DNA of 64,000 bases from an uncultured Rhabdochlamydiaceae bacterium. Its GTDB lineage: Bacteria > Chlamydiota > Chlamydiia > Chlamydiales > Rhabdochlamydiaceae. Under the pieces are notes generated by a model that worked only from the letters and a program-made list of their open reading frames with translations, searched no databases and had not been told where the DNA came from. Made by a program: the position numbers and the translations under genes. How positions within the stretch are numbered: the first letter of the stretch is position 1; the number at the start of each line of letters is the position of its first letter. The stretch covers positions 448,001-512,000 of the forward strand of contig CAVQHD010000001.1 in assembly GCA_963712275.1 (NCBI GenBank), written 5' to 3'. Below are positions 38,800-47,822 of the stretch, piece by piece.

Positions 38800-41451
38800 T
38801 TAGAACTTCCGGCGACACCCCACCCCAACGCCCTCATCGTCGCCGCTGCGGTTGTGGCCGCCGTAGAGGCCGCCCGCGGCAAAGCCGCCAACAACTAATG
38901 CCCATCCATCCTGCTTGTCATAGAGCTCTTGACACCGCATATAGGTCCATGGACTATCAGAATAAAGCTTTTGGCCTGTACTAACGTGGCGGAGGAATAT
39001 ACAGGTGGTTGCTTCAAGGATCTTAGGAAGTTCGTAAGCTACCCCAGTTTTTTGAGCATGAGTTGCAACGAGCTGCTTCTGATCGGCGTAAGTTTTATTG
39101 CGGCTTCCTTCGATGACATCGCGGGTCATGAGAACCCAGTATGATTGGATCGTAGGTTGATCTTGATACTCGCCTAAACGAAAATAGCTGTATTGCGTCG
39201 CAGGGCCTTGCTTTGGCTTTGCTGCGAGCTCTCCAAGGGTTTTGAGGGTGAGGGGCTGGCCGTTCACGGTTTTGGGGATGAGGACGAGAAGGTGGGTCTC
39301 TTCGACTTTTTTGCCGGGCCAAAAGGGACAGGGGCTTTGGAGGATTTGGCCGATGTCGGCAGGGAGCGGCGGCTCTTCTCCAATATCTCCAAAGTAGGTG
39401 TCCCATTTGGCTTTTCCAAAGGCGATGGAGGGAAGAGAGAGAATCTTAGCAGGTGGAGGAGGGCTTTTTAAGTGGTCGAGCTCTTTCTGAAGAGTTGCAA
39501 GCTTATCGTTGGTACGATTTAAGTCTTGACGTGTGGTGTCTAGCTCACGAGCGGTTTTGTCAAGGGTCATAGAGAGTTGAGACACCTGGCTGTTTGATTC
39601 TTTAAGTTCCTTTGAAAGTTGATGCAGATGCTTCTGGGTCAGGAGGTGGACTTTCTGGGTGGTGTTGAGGTGTTGCATGAGGGGATCGATCTGTTGGAGC
39701 TCGGTGAGGATAGGGCCAAGCTGGGTGAGGCTGCCTTGAAGAAAGGCGAGAGTGGCGGCCTCGTAATAGGTTGGGACGGCTTGGGGGATGTTGTTGTTTG
39801 CGTGGAGAATTTTGGCAAGAGCGAGGGCTTGCTCAAGGGTTGGAAACTTCTCATACGCTTCTCGATAGATCTTTTCCGCTTGGGGTTTATTGCCTTGATC
39901 TTGGTGGGCTTTGGCAAGGCAGTTTAAGATCTCTTGGAGTTTGGGGGATTTTAAGTCGGCGTAGAGAGCGGCGAGGGTTTCATAAAGGGGGATGGGGAGT
40001 GCAGGGAAGAGTTGGAGGGTTCCTTGTGCAATGGCGTCGGCGGTTTGAAGGTCTTTTCGCTGAAGGAGGGCTTGAAGCCATTGAAGAGTCCAGATGAGGG
40101 CTTTTTGAGGTTTAGGGAGCTGGGATTGGGCTTTTAAGATTTTTTGGCAGTAGGAAGGTTGGAGGTCGAGGGTTGTGAGGTGCCGATAAGCTTTAACGAT
40201 TTGCTTGAGGTCTTTTTGTGTTTCATACATCTGTCCAAGGGCGAGGAGTTTTGTTTGGAGCTGTTTTGGGTCTTGGCTTAAAAGTTTTAGATGAACGAGG
40301 CGGTCAAGAAAGGGGTTGGGAGATACTTGTTCTGCTTGGAGGCAGAGCTTCTCAGCAACAATATATTCATTATTTTCGAGGGCATGACAGGCGCCTGTGA
40401 GGAGGAGATGGGCTTTGTCTTGAGGATGGGGAAGGAGGTCTGAGAGGATGGTGTAAATCTGCCACTGGGTGGGGTCGTGTCTTAAGATGTATTGGTAGAG
40501 GAGGATGGCTTTCCCGGGGTGGTCTTTTTGACAGGCGGCGGCAGTCTGAAGGGCGATGGGGATGGCTGCTCTGGTTTGCTTGAGAAGGGCATAAAGATGG
40601 AGTAGGGTGAACGTGAGAGGAATGTTAAAGCGAGGATTTTCTTGGAGGCAGGATGAAAGAAGCTGAGCGGCTTTCTCTATTTCTTGGGCTTGGAGTTGGT
40701 ACTTGACAAGGTGGAGGGTGGCAAGGAGGGCTTTGAGGGGGTCTTTCATCCTTTGAAAGAGGAGGGGGATGGTTTGATAGTCTTGCCATTTCTGGGTAAA
40801 TTGGAAGGCTTTTTGATACGCTTCGAGGGCTTCTTGGTATTCTTGTTCTTGCATATAGGCTTGGGCGCTTTCAAGATTGCGGAGGGCGAGGGTTTCATTG
40901 GATTTCTTGAAGAGGTTGAAGGTGGGGATGGGGTCTTGCGCTTGCCAGGCTTCGAGGGTTTGCTTGAGTTGCAGGTTGGGAGTCAGGGTGGTGATGGGCT
41001 GGCGACTGAGGGGACAGGTCTTATTTTTCTTGAGGTGTTCTTTGATAGCGCCTCTCTCAAAAGTATGGCCGCAATTGTCGATGACGGGGTCTTTTAAGAT
41101 CTCTAAGGTGATCGGACAGGTGAACGGTTCAGCCTGTCTGTTTTCAAGGGGGATTTCGAGTTTAACGAGATTTAAGAGATGGTCTAACTCTTTCAGAGCG
41201 TCTTGAAGTGGCTGAGATGCAGAAGGGTTCGGAGGAAGGAGCTTTTTTTGCTCAAAGAGATCAAGGAGGGGTTTTACACGAGATGACGTGAAGAGGCTTT
41301 GGATGGTGGTGGGATCGGTTTCGAGCGCTGTTTTAAAGAGCCGTTTGCCTGAGATGTCGTAGATCTTCAAGCTAACAGTCGTTGGATCTTTGACTTGAAA
41401 GAGATAAACCTGATCAGCGGTGCGGTGTTGGTAAACAGATTTGAGAGCCAT
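38800..41451 (-). CDS. DGR target 1: U-box + TPR-like + coiled coil + variable C-terminal domain
   Basis: U-box FTCPITLEILKDPVIDNCGHTFERGAI...CPLSRQPITTLTPNLQLKQ; VR in the last codons. Confidence 0.88.
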   Translation of the reverse strand: MALKSVYQHRTADQVYLFQVKDPTTVSLKIYDISGKRLFKTALETDPTTIQSLFTSSRVKPLLDLFEQKKLLPPNPSASQPLQDALKELDHLLNLVKLEIPLENRQAEPFTCPITLEILKDPVIDNCGHTFERGAIKEHLKKNKTCPLSRQPITTLTPNLQLKQTLEAWQAQDPIPTFNLFKKSNETLALRNLESAQAYMQEQEYQEALEAYQKAFQFTQKWQDYQTIPLLFQRMKDPLKALLATLHLVKYQLQAQEIEKAAQLLSSCLQENPRFNIPLTFTLLHLYALLKQTRAAIPIALQTAAACQKDHPGKAILLYQYILRHDPTQWQIYTILSDLLPHPQDKAHLLLTGACHALENNEYIVAEKLCLQAEQVSPNPFLDRLVHLKLLSQDPKQLQTKLLALGQMYETQKDLKQIVKAYRHLTTLDLQPSYCQKILKAQSQLPKPQKALIWTLQWLQALLQRKDLQTADAIAQGTLQLFPALPIPLYETLAALYADLKSPKLQEILNCLAKAHQDQGNKPQAEKIYREAYEKFPTLEQALALAKILHANNNIPQAVPTYYEAATLAFLQGSLTQLGPILTELQQIDPLMQHLNTTQKVHLLTQKHLHQLSKELKESNSQVSQLSMTLDKTARELDTTRQDLNRTNDKLATLQKELDHLKSPPPPAKILSLPSIAFGKAKWDTYFGDIGEEPPLPADIGQILQSPCPFWPGKKVEETHLLVLIPKTVNGQPLTLKTLGELAAKPKQGPATQYSYFRLGEYQDQPTIQSYWVLMTRDVIEGSRNKTYADQKQLVATHAQKTGVAYELPKILEATTCIFLRHVSTGQKLYSDSPWTYMRCQELYDKQDGWALVVGGFAAGGLYGGHNRSGDDEGVGVGCRRKF
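38801..38895 (-). repeat. Variable repeat VR1
   Basis: Matches the TR except 9 substitutions at TR adenines, one non-A change (gtc>ggc), one extra NNC codon and aac>aag near the 3' end. Confidence 0.92.
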
Positions 41452-41859
41452 AGATGCCTCCTTAAAATTTTAGAGGAAGTTTATCAGAAGGAGATAGTTC
41501 TTTGTCTAGTTTTTATTTTTAGTCTATGAGCCTATCCGCAAAATCCTATAGAAAGGCATCTTTATCATTTGACAGCACCTCTTAAGAAAATTAAAATGGG
41601 GTCGCTTTGGTCATGAAGGATAAGCCTGTATGGGTTTTCCTCCTGAAGCAGTTCGTTAATAGCCTAAAAGGCTGGTGTCAGAATACATTAGGTTCAAGGA
41701 TCTTTGTAGCGTACACTACGATAGAACTTCGTGTCGGTGTCTTGAGAGAAGGAGCAAATACTCTGGTCTCCAAATAAAATACAAGAGCTTGCAGGGCCTT
41801 ATTGATGCTTTGAGCTCTGGTGACTGTAGAGGGACACTGACATACATCTTTCTCCCGTC

Positions 41860-41951
41860 GTTGTTGGCGGCTTTGCCGCGGGCGGCCTCAACGTCAACAA
41901 CAACAGCAACGACAATGAGAACGTTGGGGTGGGGTGTCGCCGGAACTTCTA
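41860..41951 (+). ncRNA. DGR template repeat (TR)
   Basis: gttgttggcggctttgccgcgggcggcctc AAC GTC AAC AAC AAC AGC AAC GAC AAT GAG AAC gttggggtggggtgtcgccggaacttcta; intergenic, AAC-rich and on the RT strand. Confidence 0.93.
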
Positions 41952-42341
41952 TGATGCGCCCATGTTGCCTCTTTGAGGCTGTGCATGGGCGACGGACTTG
42001 AGCCATCCTCCGACCATTTTCCCAATTTCTTGCAAGATTGTTTGAACCTCGAGGTACTGCTTGGGATTGAGAGTGCGCGTTTCTTTGGCGAGTCGGATAA
42101 GTACTTTGAGAAGATCGACTTTAGAGCTGATGATGTAGAGCAGCTCGGTTTTTTCTTCAGTTTTACTATAGCCGGCTTGAAGGATCGTTTCTAACAATAC
42201 AAGGGCGGTATTTTCACATTTTTGCCAGAGAGTATACCGCTGGCTTTTGGAGATGCGTTCATGGTAACTATGCAAAACTTTATAGAGCTCATAGGTTTTA
42301 TGGAAAAGAGGGATGTCGAGAACGGTACGTCTTTGTGTCAT
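41949..42341 (-). CDS. avd: Avd-like accessory protein (four-helix bundle)
   Basis: DIPLFHKTYELYK...KSQRYTL...LLKVLIRLAKE...LQEIGKMVGGWLK, about 130 aa, next to the TR and RT. Confidence 0.85.
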   Translation of the reverse strand: MTQRRTVLDIPLFHKTYELYKVLHSYHERISKSQRYTLWQKCENTALVLLETILQAGYSKTEEKTELLYIISSKVDLLKVLIRLAKETRTLNPKQYLEVQTILQEIGKMVGGWLKSVAHAQPQRGNMGAS

Positions 42342-43380
42342 GAAGAATGATCTTTTTGATGCGATGGTTTCATTGGAGCACTTGTTTGCATGTTGGGATG
42401 AGTTTAAGTGCGGCAAGCGTAAAAAGAAAGATCTTCAATCTTTTGAGAGGTCTTTAGAAGATCATATTTTTGAACTCCATCAAGAACTCACGTCGTTTCA
42501 GTACCGACATGGCTCTTATGAGCAATTTCGGGTGTTCGAACCAAAAGAGCGATCAATTAGTCGGGCCTCTGTCAAAGATCGTCTTGTACACCACATGCTG
42601 TATGTGACTCTGACAAAAATATTTGATCGAACATTTATCTTTCACTCCCTCTCATGCCGCCTAGGGAAAGGGGTTCATAAGGGGATTTCCTATTTCGAGC
42701 AAATGGTTCGACAGGTGAGTCAGAATGGGACGGGAAGTTGCTATGCTTTAAAAATGGACATTCGTCGATTTTTCGATCATGTTAACCATTCCATTTTAAA
42801 AGCGCTGATTCGAAAAAAGGTCCACGATGAAAAGGTGCTTTACATGGCGGATCTCATCATCGATAGTTTTAAAAAGGGAACGGATCTCTTTGGAGCAAGG
42901 GGTATGCCTTTGGGCAATGTGACATCTCAACTGTTTGCAAATATTTATCTCCATGAGCTGGATGATTTTATTAAGCAAAAGTTAAGAGATAGGTTTTATT
43001 TACGCTATTGTGATGATTTTGTGATTCTATCACGCAAAGCGGAGCCGTTACTGCGGCGTATCTGCCAGATCGAGGAGTTTCTAGAGACCCATCTCCGGTT
43101 GGAGCTTCATCCAAAGAAAGTGATCCTTTCAAAGCTATCCCAAGGGATCGATTTTTTGGGATATGTGATGCTTCCGCACCACATCCGTCTACGGATGCAG
43201 ACCAGGCGGCGGCTGAAAAGACGGCTTAAGGAAGCCTACAAGGCGTATCAAAAAGATGATCTAACCTACGTTCAAATGGATCAGAAGATTCAGTCCTATT
43301 TAGGAATCTTATCTCATGCCAATGAATTTCATTTTTCACAGGCGATCAAAAATGCGTACTGGATCAGAAAATGTCTCTAA
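42340..43380 (+). CDS. DGR reverse transcriptase
   Basis: GMPLGNVTSQLFANIYL (DGR-type GxxxSQ), RYCDD and KDRLVHH; no maturase; possible upstream start at 42313. Confidence 0.93.
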   Translation: MKNDLFDAMVSLEHLFACWDEFKCGKRKKKDLQSFERSLEDHIFELHQELTSFQYRHGSYEQFRVFEPKERSISRASVKDRLVHHMLYVTLTKIFDRTFIFHSLSCRLGKGVHKGISYFEQMVRQVSQNGTGSCYALKMDIRRFFDHVNHSILKALIRKKVHDEKVLYMADLIIDSFKKGTDLFGARGMPLGNVTSQLFANIYLHELDDFIKQKLRDRFYLRYCDDFVILSRKAEPLLRRICQIEEFLETHLRLELHPKKVILSKLSQGIDFLGYVMLPHHIRLRMQTRRRLKRRLKEAYKAYQKDDLTYVQMDQKIQSYLGILSHANEFHFSQAIKNAYWIRKCL

Positions 43381-43520
43381 AAAAGAGCCCCACTCACCCG
43401 GCTGGGTCCCCCGGAAAAGATCCCAGCGATGTAAGACCACCCTTTTCCCCTTCCCAACTTGCTGGCCAAGTTACCAAGCGCTCTTTCCAACTTCCAAGGG
43501 ATCCAATGGTCCAAGGGCTG

Positions 43521-45491
43521 TTAGAACTTCCGGCGACACCCCACCCCAACGACCTCATTGTCGTGGCCGTAGTGGTAGCTGACGCGGAGGCCGCCCGCGG
43601 CAAAGCCGCCAACAACTAATGCGCATCCATACTGCTTGTGATAGAGCTCTTGACACCGCGTATGGGTGTTTGGAGCATCAGAATAAAGCTTTTGGCCTGT
43701 ATTGACGTGGTGGAGGAATATACAGGTGGTTGCTTCCAGCACTTTGGGAAGTTCGTAAGGCAGTCCCGTTTTCTGAGCATGAGTTGCAACGAGCTGCTTC
43801 TGGTCAGCGTAGCCTTTACTGCGGCTTCCTTCGATGACATCACGGGTCATGAGAACCCAATACGATTGAGTTACAGGTTGGTCTTGATACTCTCCTAAAT
43901 CAAAAGACCTGTACTTCGTTGCAGGGCCTTGCTTTGGCTTTGCTGCGAGCTCTCCAAGGGTTTTGAGGGTGAGGGGTTGGCCGTTCACGCTTGCGGGGAT
44001 GAGGGCGAGGAGGTGGGTTTCTTCGACTTTTTTGTTGGGCCAGAAGGGACAAGGGCGCTGAAGGATTTGGTGGATGTCGGGAGGGAGCGGCGGTTCTGCC
44101 CCAACATCCCCAAAGTAGGTAGCCCATTTGGCTTTTCCAAAGGCGATGGAGGGAAGAGCAGAGGTGATGGGTTTGGGAGTGAAGACAATTGGAGGTGGAG
44201 GTTGAAGCGAGGGGCTTGATAGTGGAGAAGGCGGCGTTTTGTAGGTATGAGATGGCTGGGGTTGGGGCGAGGAAGGGGCTGCACTTCCAGCTGGGGCTTG
44301 TGGAGCTTGAATTTGCTGGAGCTTTTTATGCACAAACGTTCGAACTTTACCTTGGGTGTCGAAGAGTTTGGTCGTCCATTGGTAAAACTCTTGGTCTTGA
44401 GAACTAAGAGTTTGGTTGGGATCGAGGATGATGAGGACTTCTGATTTTTGTTCCAAGACTTGAATAAGGTTGGGGTCTTGTTTTACAACTTCTTTTTCGA
44501 GGAGGTCGAGGATGTGTTCAAGGAGATAGTGGATGGTGGTGGGGTTGAGGGGTTTGGCGGGGTTGGGGAGGAGGTCGGGTTGGAGTTCGACCCAAAACCG
44601 GGCGAGGGTTTGGGATTTTTGGAAGACGACGATTTCATCCCAGGCGGGGTTTTGGGTGTCGGTGCAGGGGTAGTAGTTGGCGCACATGGGGTCGGAGGGG
44701 TTGATGGAGATGACGGGGATGTAGTGGGCGTTGTAGTTTTGGTAGGCGCCAAGGCCTTGTCCGAGTTTTTGCATGTCGCTGGGTGTTTGGGGGTCGTCGG
44801 CGACGACGGGGTAGGGTTCTCGGAGGGAGACCCAGGCGAGGAGGAGGTTGCCGTCGCTGTAGATGTCGGCGGCATATCTAGCGCTGGTGGTGAAGTAGAT
44901 GCCGCTTCCGAAGAAGCCGACGTCAGTGCTTTGGGTGTCGTCGGTGTTTTGAAGGAATTGGTGTTTGCCGAAGTAGGTGAAGCCGGTTTGGCAGATGGAG
45001 TGGGCAATGGAGGCTTTGGTGCCATGCCAGAAGGGAAGGACTTTGGTGGAAGTATAGGTATCTTTTCGTTGATTGGATTGTTGGATGGAGAAGGGAGAAT
45101 AAGGAGCTGCGAGGGTGCGGAAGCGGTGGATGACTTTTTGTCTTAAGGTGGGGAGGTCTTCTTGGTTCCAACGGGGGGCAAAGTGGGGGCTTTGGGCTTC
45201 TTGCTCCATGGTGGGGATGGCGGCTTCGAATTGGTTGGTGTGGTGGGGGTTGTGGATGCAGTAGGCGCGGGAGATGGAGCGGTTGAGAGGTCTTTGGGCT
45301 TGGAAGTACTGCTGGATGAAGGCCCATTCAGGATCGCCTTGGGTGATTTCACATTTGCGATAAGTGGAAGAGGTGGTTGTTTGGGCTTGAAGTCTTTGAA
45401 ACAGGGCTTTGCTGATGTGCCAGGGGGTTTGGGGATTTGGGAGGAGGTTTGCTAGAGGGGGTGGGAGGCTGGTGGGGGTTGTTGAATGCAT
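43521..45491 (-). CDS. DGR target 2: PARP-like ADP-ribosyltransferase + Pro-rich linker + variable C-terminal domain
   Basis: FWHGT, FFGSGIYFTTSARYA and DEIVVF match the H-Y-E ART pattern. Confidence 0.85.
   Translation of the reverse strand: MHSTTPTSLPPPLANLLPNPQTPWHISKALFQRLQAQTTTSSTYRKCEITQGDPEWAFIQQYFQAQRPLNRSISRAYCIHNPHHTNQFEAAIPTMEQEAQSPHFAPRWNQEDLPTLRQKVIHRFRTLAAPYSPFSIQQSNQRKDTYTSTKVLPFWHGTKASIAHSICQTGFTYFGKHQFLQNTDDTQSTDVGFFGSGIYFTTSARYAADIYSDGNLLLAWVSLREPYPVVADDPQTPSDMQKLGQGLGAYQNYNAHYIPVISINPSDPMCANYYPCTDTQNPAWDEIVVFQKSQTLARFWVELQPDLLPNPAKPLNPTTIHYLLEHILDLLEKEVVKQDPNLIQVLEQKSEVLIILDPNQTLSSQDQEFYQWTTKLFDTQGKVRTFVHKKLQQIQAPQAPAGSAAPSSPQPQPSHTYKTPPSPLSSPSLQPPPPIVFTPKPITSALPSIAFGKAKWATYFGDVGAEPPLPPDIHQILQRPCPFWPNKKVEETHLLALIPASVNGQPLTLKTLGELAAKPKQGPATKYRSFDLGEYQDQPVTQSYWVLMTRDVIEGSRSKGYADQKQLVATHAQKTGLPYELPKVLEATTCIFLHHVNTGQKLYSDAPNTHTRCQELYHKQYGCALVVGGFAAGGLRVSYHYGHDNEVVGVGCRRKF
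43522..43616 (-). repeat. Variable repeat VR2
   Basis: 9 core substitutions, all at TR adenines, plus one extra NNC codon and aac>aag near the 3' end. Confidence 0.93.
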
Positions 45492-45578
45492 ACGATTCTC
45501 CTTAATGTTGAGACTCGATAGAATCGAGTGAAAGAAAATATTAGGGAATGGTGAAGATATTTTTCAATAGGAGAGTTT

Positions 45579-45608
45579 TTGGAGCTTGATCCAAAGAAAG
45601 TGATCCTT
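45579..45608 (+). repeat. 30-bp fragment of the DGR RT gene
   Basis: 29/30 identical to 43099-43128. Confidence 0.85.
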
Positions 45609-45712
45609 AAAGGAATTAAAATAATTTTTCAGTCTAGTGATATAAGTTGCTCAGGCATATCCTTTAAATTTCAAATTCGAACTTTTAACTGTTAAGATTA
45701 AGGAGATACAGC

Positions 45713-46057
45713 ATGGCAGCCTCTACACCAATTCCGCCTCCTGGAATCAATTTGGATTTGTGGGGTCCTAAAATTTTCCCTGGAGGGAAACTTTACGTAT
45801 TTAAAGGCGAAAGGCATCTTGTTCCTACGAATTGGAAAAATGTAAGCAAAATGATGAAAGAGCTCAAATATGTTGAAAAATTGGAATGGGCTTATGCACT
45901 TCCACATCAAAGACAGGAATTGTTTAACAGGCAGCTGGAGATATTGACTAAAGACTTGCCCGTAAACTGGAGCCTCGTAGTGTGCGCTGTTGCATCAGGA
46001 CTCATCATTATCGTCGGAGTAGTTTCTGCTGTGCAATCTAAAATCGCTAAACTTTAA
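45713..46057 (+). CDS. Hypothetical protein with C-terminal TM segment
   Basis: RBS aaggag; 114 aa. Confidence 0.6.
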   Translation: MAASTPIPPPGINLDLWGPKIFPGGKLYVFKGERHLVPTNWKNVSKMMKELKYVEKLEWAYALPHQRQELFNRQLEILTKDLPVNWSLVVCAVASGLIIIVGVVSAVQSKIAKL

Positions 46058-46074
46058 AAAATGGAAAATGATCA

Positions 46075-47034
46075 ATGACCTATCAAGTCGCTCTTAGATA
46101 TGATCCTCCTACTTATATTGATCTTAACCAACTTTATACATCTAATGGATTCAAACAAATCATCTTACGACATTGCGAATACTTGCGTGAACGTCCGTAT
46201 GAAACCTTAAATGGCCGCTTGCTGCCGATCAGCCTTATCATAGCAGGTGGATTTGTAGGTTTTTTTGCAGCTACCAAAGTCGCTGAAAAATTCAATATAG
46301 AGAAAGGAAGAATAGCTTTGCAAGGGAGTGGCATTGTCGTAGGAGGAGCTATGGGCGCTTGCATTTATGCCGGAGTTAAAGAACAAGACCTTTTCTTTAA
46401 GACTTGGAAATTTTTAAAAATCAGCCACGTCACCAATGATTTTGTTTTTAAAAAACACGAAAAAGATGAATTTTTGAACCAATTTGTAGATTGTATTCAC
46501 TATACACCAATAAAAGTCCCCGTTCGTTTACCTACAGGTCATTTGATTGATTTAGACACTTTAAAAAAAGTTCAGCCAGACAAGAACGGCGACATATTAT
46601 GCCCTCATACAAGAGAAAAGCTGGATTTAAAAAATCCAAATATTGATCTTGAACTCCACACCCTTATCTTAAAAAGATCTCAACATCTTTTGCAGGAAGC
46701 TCTCAATAATCTAGAGCCAGATTCTATCGAGCATTCTTCAACACAACTGCAATTGCAGGTTGTGGAAAAGCAGCTGTGCATCTCTCATGAGAAACATCTA
46801 AAAGGGCTAGATCAATTGCACTCAGAAAGGAAAATAACCACTGTTGAGTTAAATCGATTAAAAGCTCAGTTTTATCAGCACTTTGGAGTAGATCCAGCTG
46901 GCAAAGCGGACCCAGAAAATGACATCGAAGCTCATGCAATGAATTTCAATTTAAATTGGAAAACAATCATCCAAAATCACAGCAAAATAATCTTTAGGGG
47001 AACACCTCCAACACAGTTTATGGAAGATCTCTAA
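46075..47034 (+). CDS. Two-TM protein with degenerate U-box-like segment
   Basis: FVDCIHYTPIKVPVRLPTGHLIDL...CPHTREKL. Confidence 0.55.
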   Translation: MTYQVALRYDPPTYIDLNQLYTSNGFKQIILRHCEYLRERPYETLNGRLLPISLIIAGGFVGFFAATKVAEKFNIEKGRIALQGSGIVVGGAMGACIYAGVKEQDLFFKTWKFLKISHVTNDFVFKKHEKDEFLNQFVDCIHYTPIKVPVRLPTGHLIDLDTLKKVQPDKNGDILCPHTREKLDLKNPNIDLELHTLILKRSQHLLQEALNNLEPDSIEHSSTQLQLQVVEKQLCISHEKHLKGLDQLHSERKITTVELNRLKAQFYQHFGVDPAGKADPENDIEAHAMNFNLNWKTIIQNHSKIIFRGTPPTQFMEDL

Positions 47035-47136
47035 AATGAGAAGGAAGAGATTATAGTCCTAGTACTCCATCAAGCTCAAAATAGAAAGACCCCCTGCTAA
47101 GGCGCGGATTTTGATTCTGCAATATCAAGCCTAGCT

Positions 47137-47556
47137 TTACGCGCTTTTATGACGTGGATAAGCTAGAATTTTCTCACCCATGATTAAGGCATAAATATCT
47201 TCTTCATGTGTTTGAACCCAATCGGCAATTTGTGCTTCTAATCTTACCACTTTAGTCGGTAATGCTTTTTTAGTGCCTTTAGGACGGCCAGCCCTTGGTC
47301 TCAATCCTCCTCGGCCTTTAGTTTTCTTTTCCATCTTGGATTCTAATCGGTTATCTAGCCTGTGAGCAATAAACTCTCTAAGATATTTTGGATAATTTTC
47401 AATAACATCCTCTTTAGATTTTCCGCCATATTCCACTGGATATAAACGATGCTCAAAAACCCATTCATGAACCTCTTTGTCAAACCATGGCTCTATACTT
47501 CCAATTTCTTTTAGAGCTTTTTTTAAATGCTCATTTATTTCTTTCTTGGTGGCCAC
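47137..47556 (-). CDS. Antitoxin-like protein (HicB-like) with RGG.R..AGRPKG motif
   Basis: YGGKSKEDVIENY resembles the HicB core; basic DNA-binding tail. Confidence 0.5.
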   Translation of the reverse strand: MATKKEINEHLKKALKEIGSIEPWFDKEVHEWVFEHRLYPVEYGGKSKEDVIENYPKYLREFIAHRLDNRLESKMEKKTKGRGGLRPRAGRPKGTKKALPTKVVRLEAQIADWVQTHEEDIYALIMGEKILAYPRHKSA

Positions 47557-47705
47557 TTTAACCCCCTTTCCTTACATAATTTTTCAATTTTTCTTACGCT
47601 TGTTGGAGAAACTTCTCTCTTGCATCCTTTACTATGATAAATCTTTATAGAGCAAAGAAATACCAACCGACTGTCGTACAAGTTATAGTCAATCCCGCCT
47701 TTGGT
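47535..47705 (-). pseudogene. Possible HicA-like toxin, 5'-truncated by the target-3 flank
   Basis: SIKIYHSKGCKREVSPTSVRKIEKLCK; overlaps the antitoxin start. Confidence 0.35.
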
Positions 47706-47822
47706 TGGGTCCCCCGGAAAAGATCCCAGCGATATAAGACCACCCTTTTCCCCTCCCCAACTTGCTAGCCAAGTCACCAAGCGCTCTTTCCAATTTCCAA
47801 GGGGCCCAAGGTCCAAGGGCTG

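Noticed and set aside
41789..41818. 12-nt match (ttgcagggcctt) to target genes upstream of the TR, as an extended TR
   Set aside because: It is in the wrong orientation relative to the TR/VR pairing, too short and shows no adenine pattern.
41675..42006. 108-aa and 96-aa ORFs across the TR
   Set aside because: AAC-rich repeats are stop-poor and no family is recognisable.
44448..45455. Long shadow ORFs (232, 180, 134 and 97 aa) and their copies near 49 kb
   Set aside because: Low-complexity by-products of codon bias overlapping the target genes.
47706..47816. 5' part of the 93-aa ORF as real coding sequence
   Set aside because: It is the non-coding VR flank fused by chance in frame.
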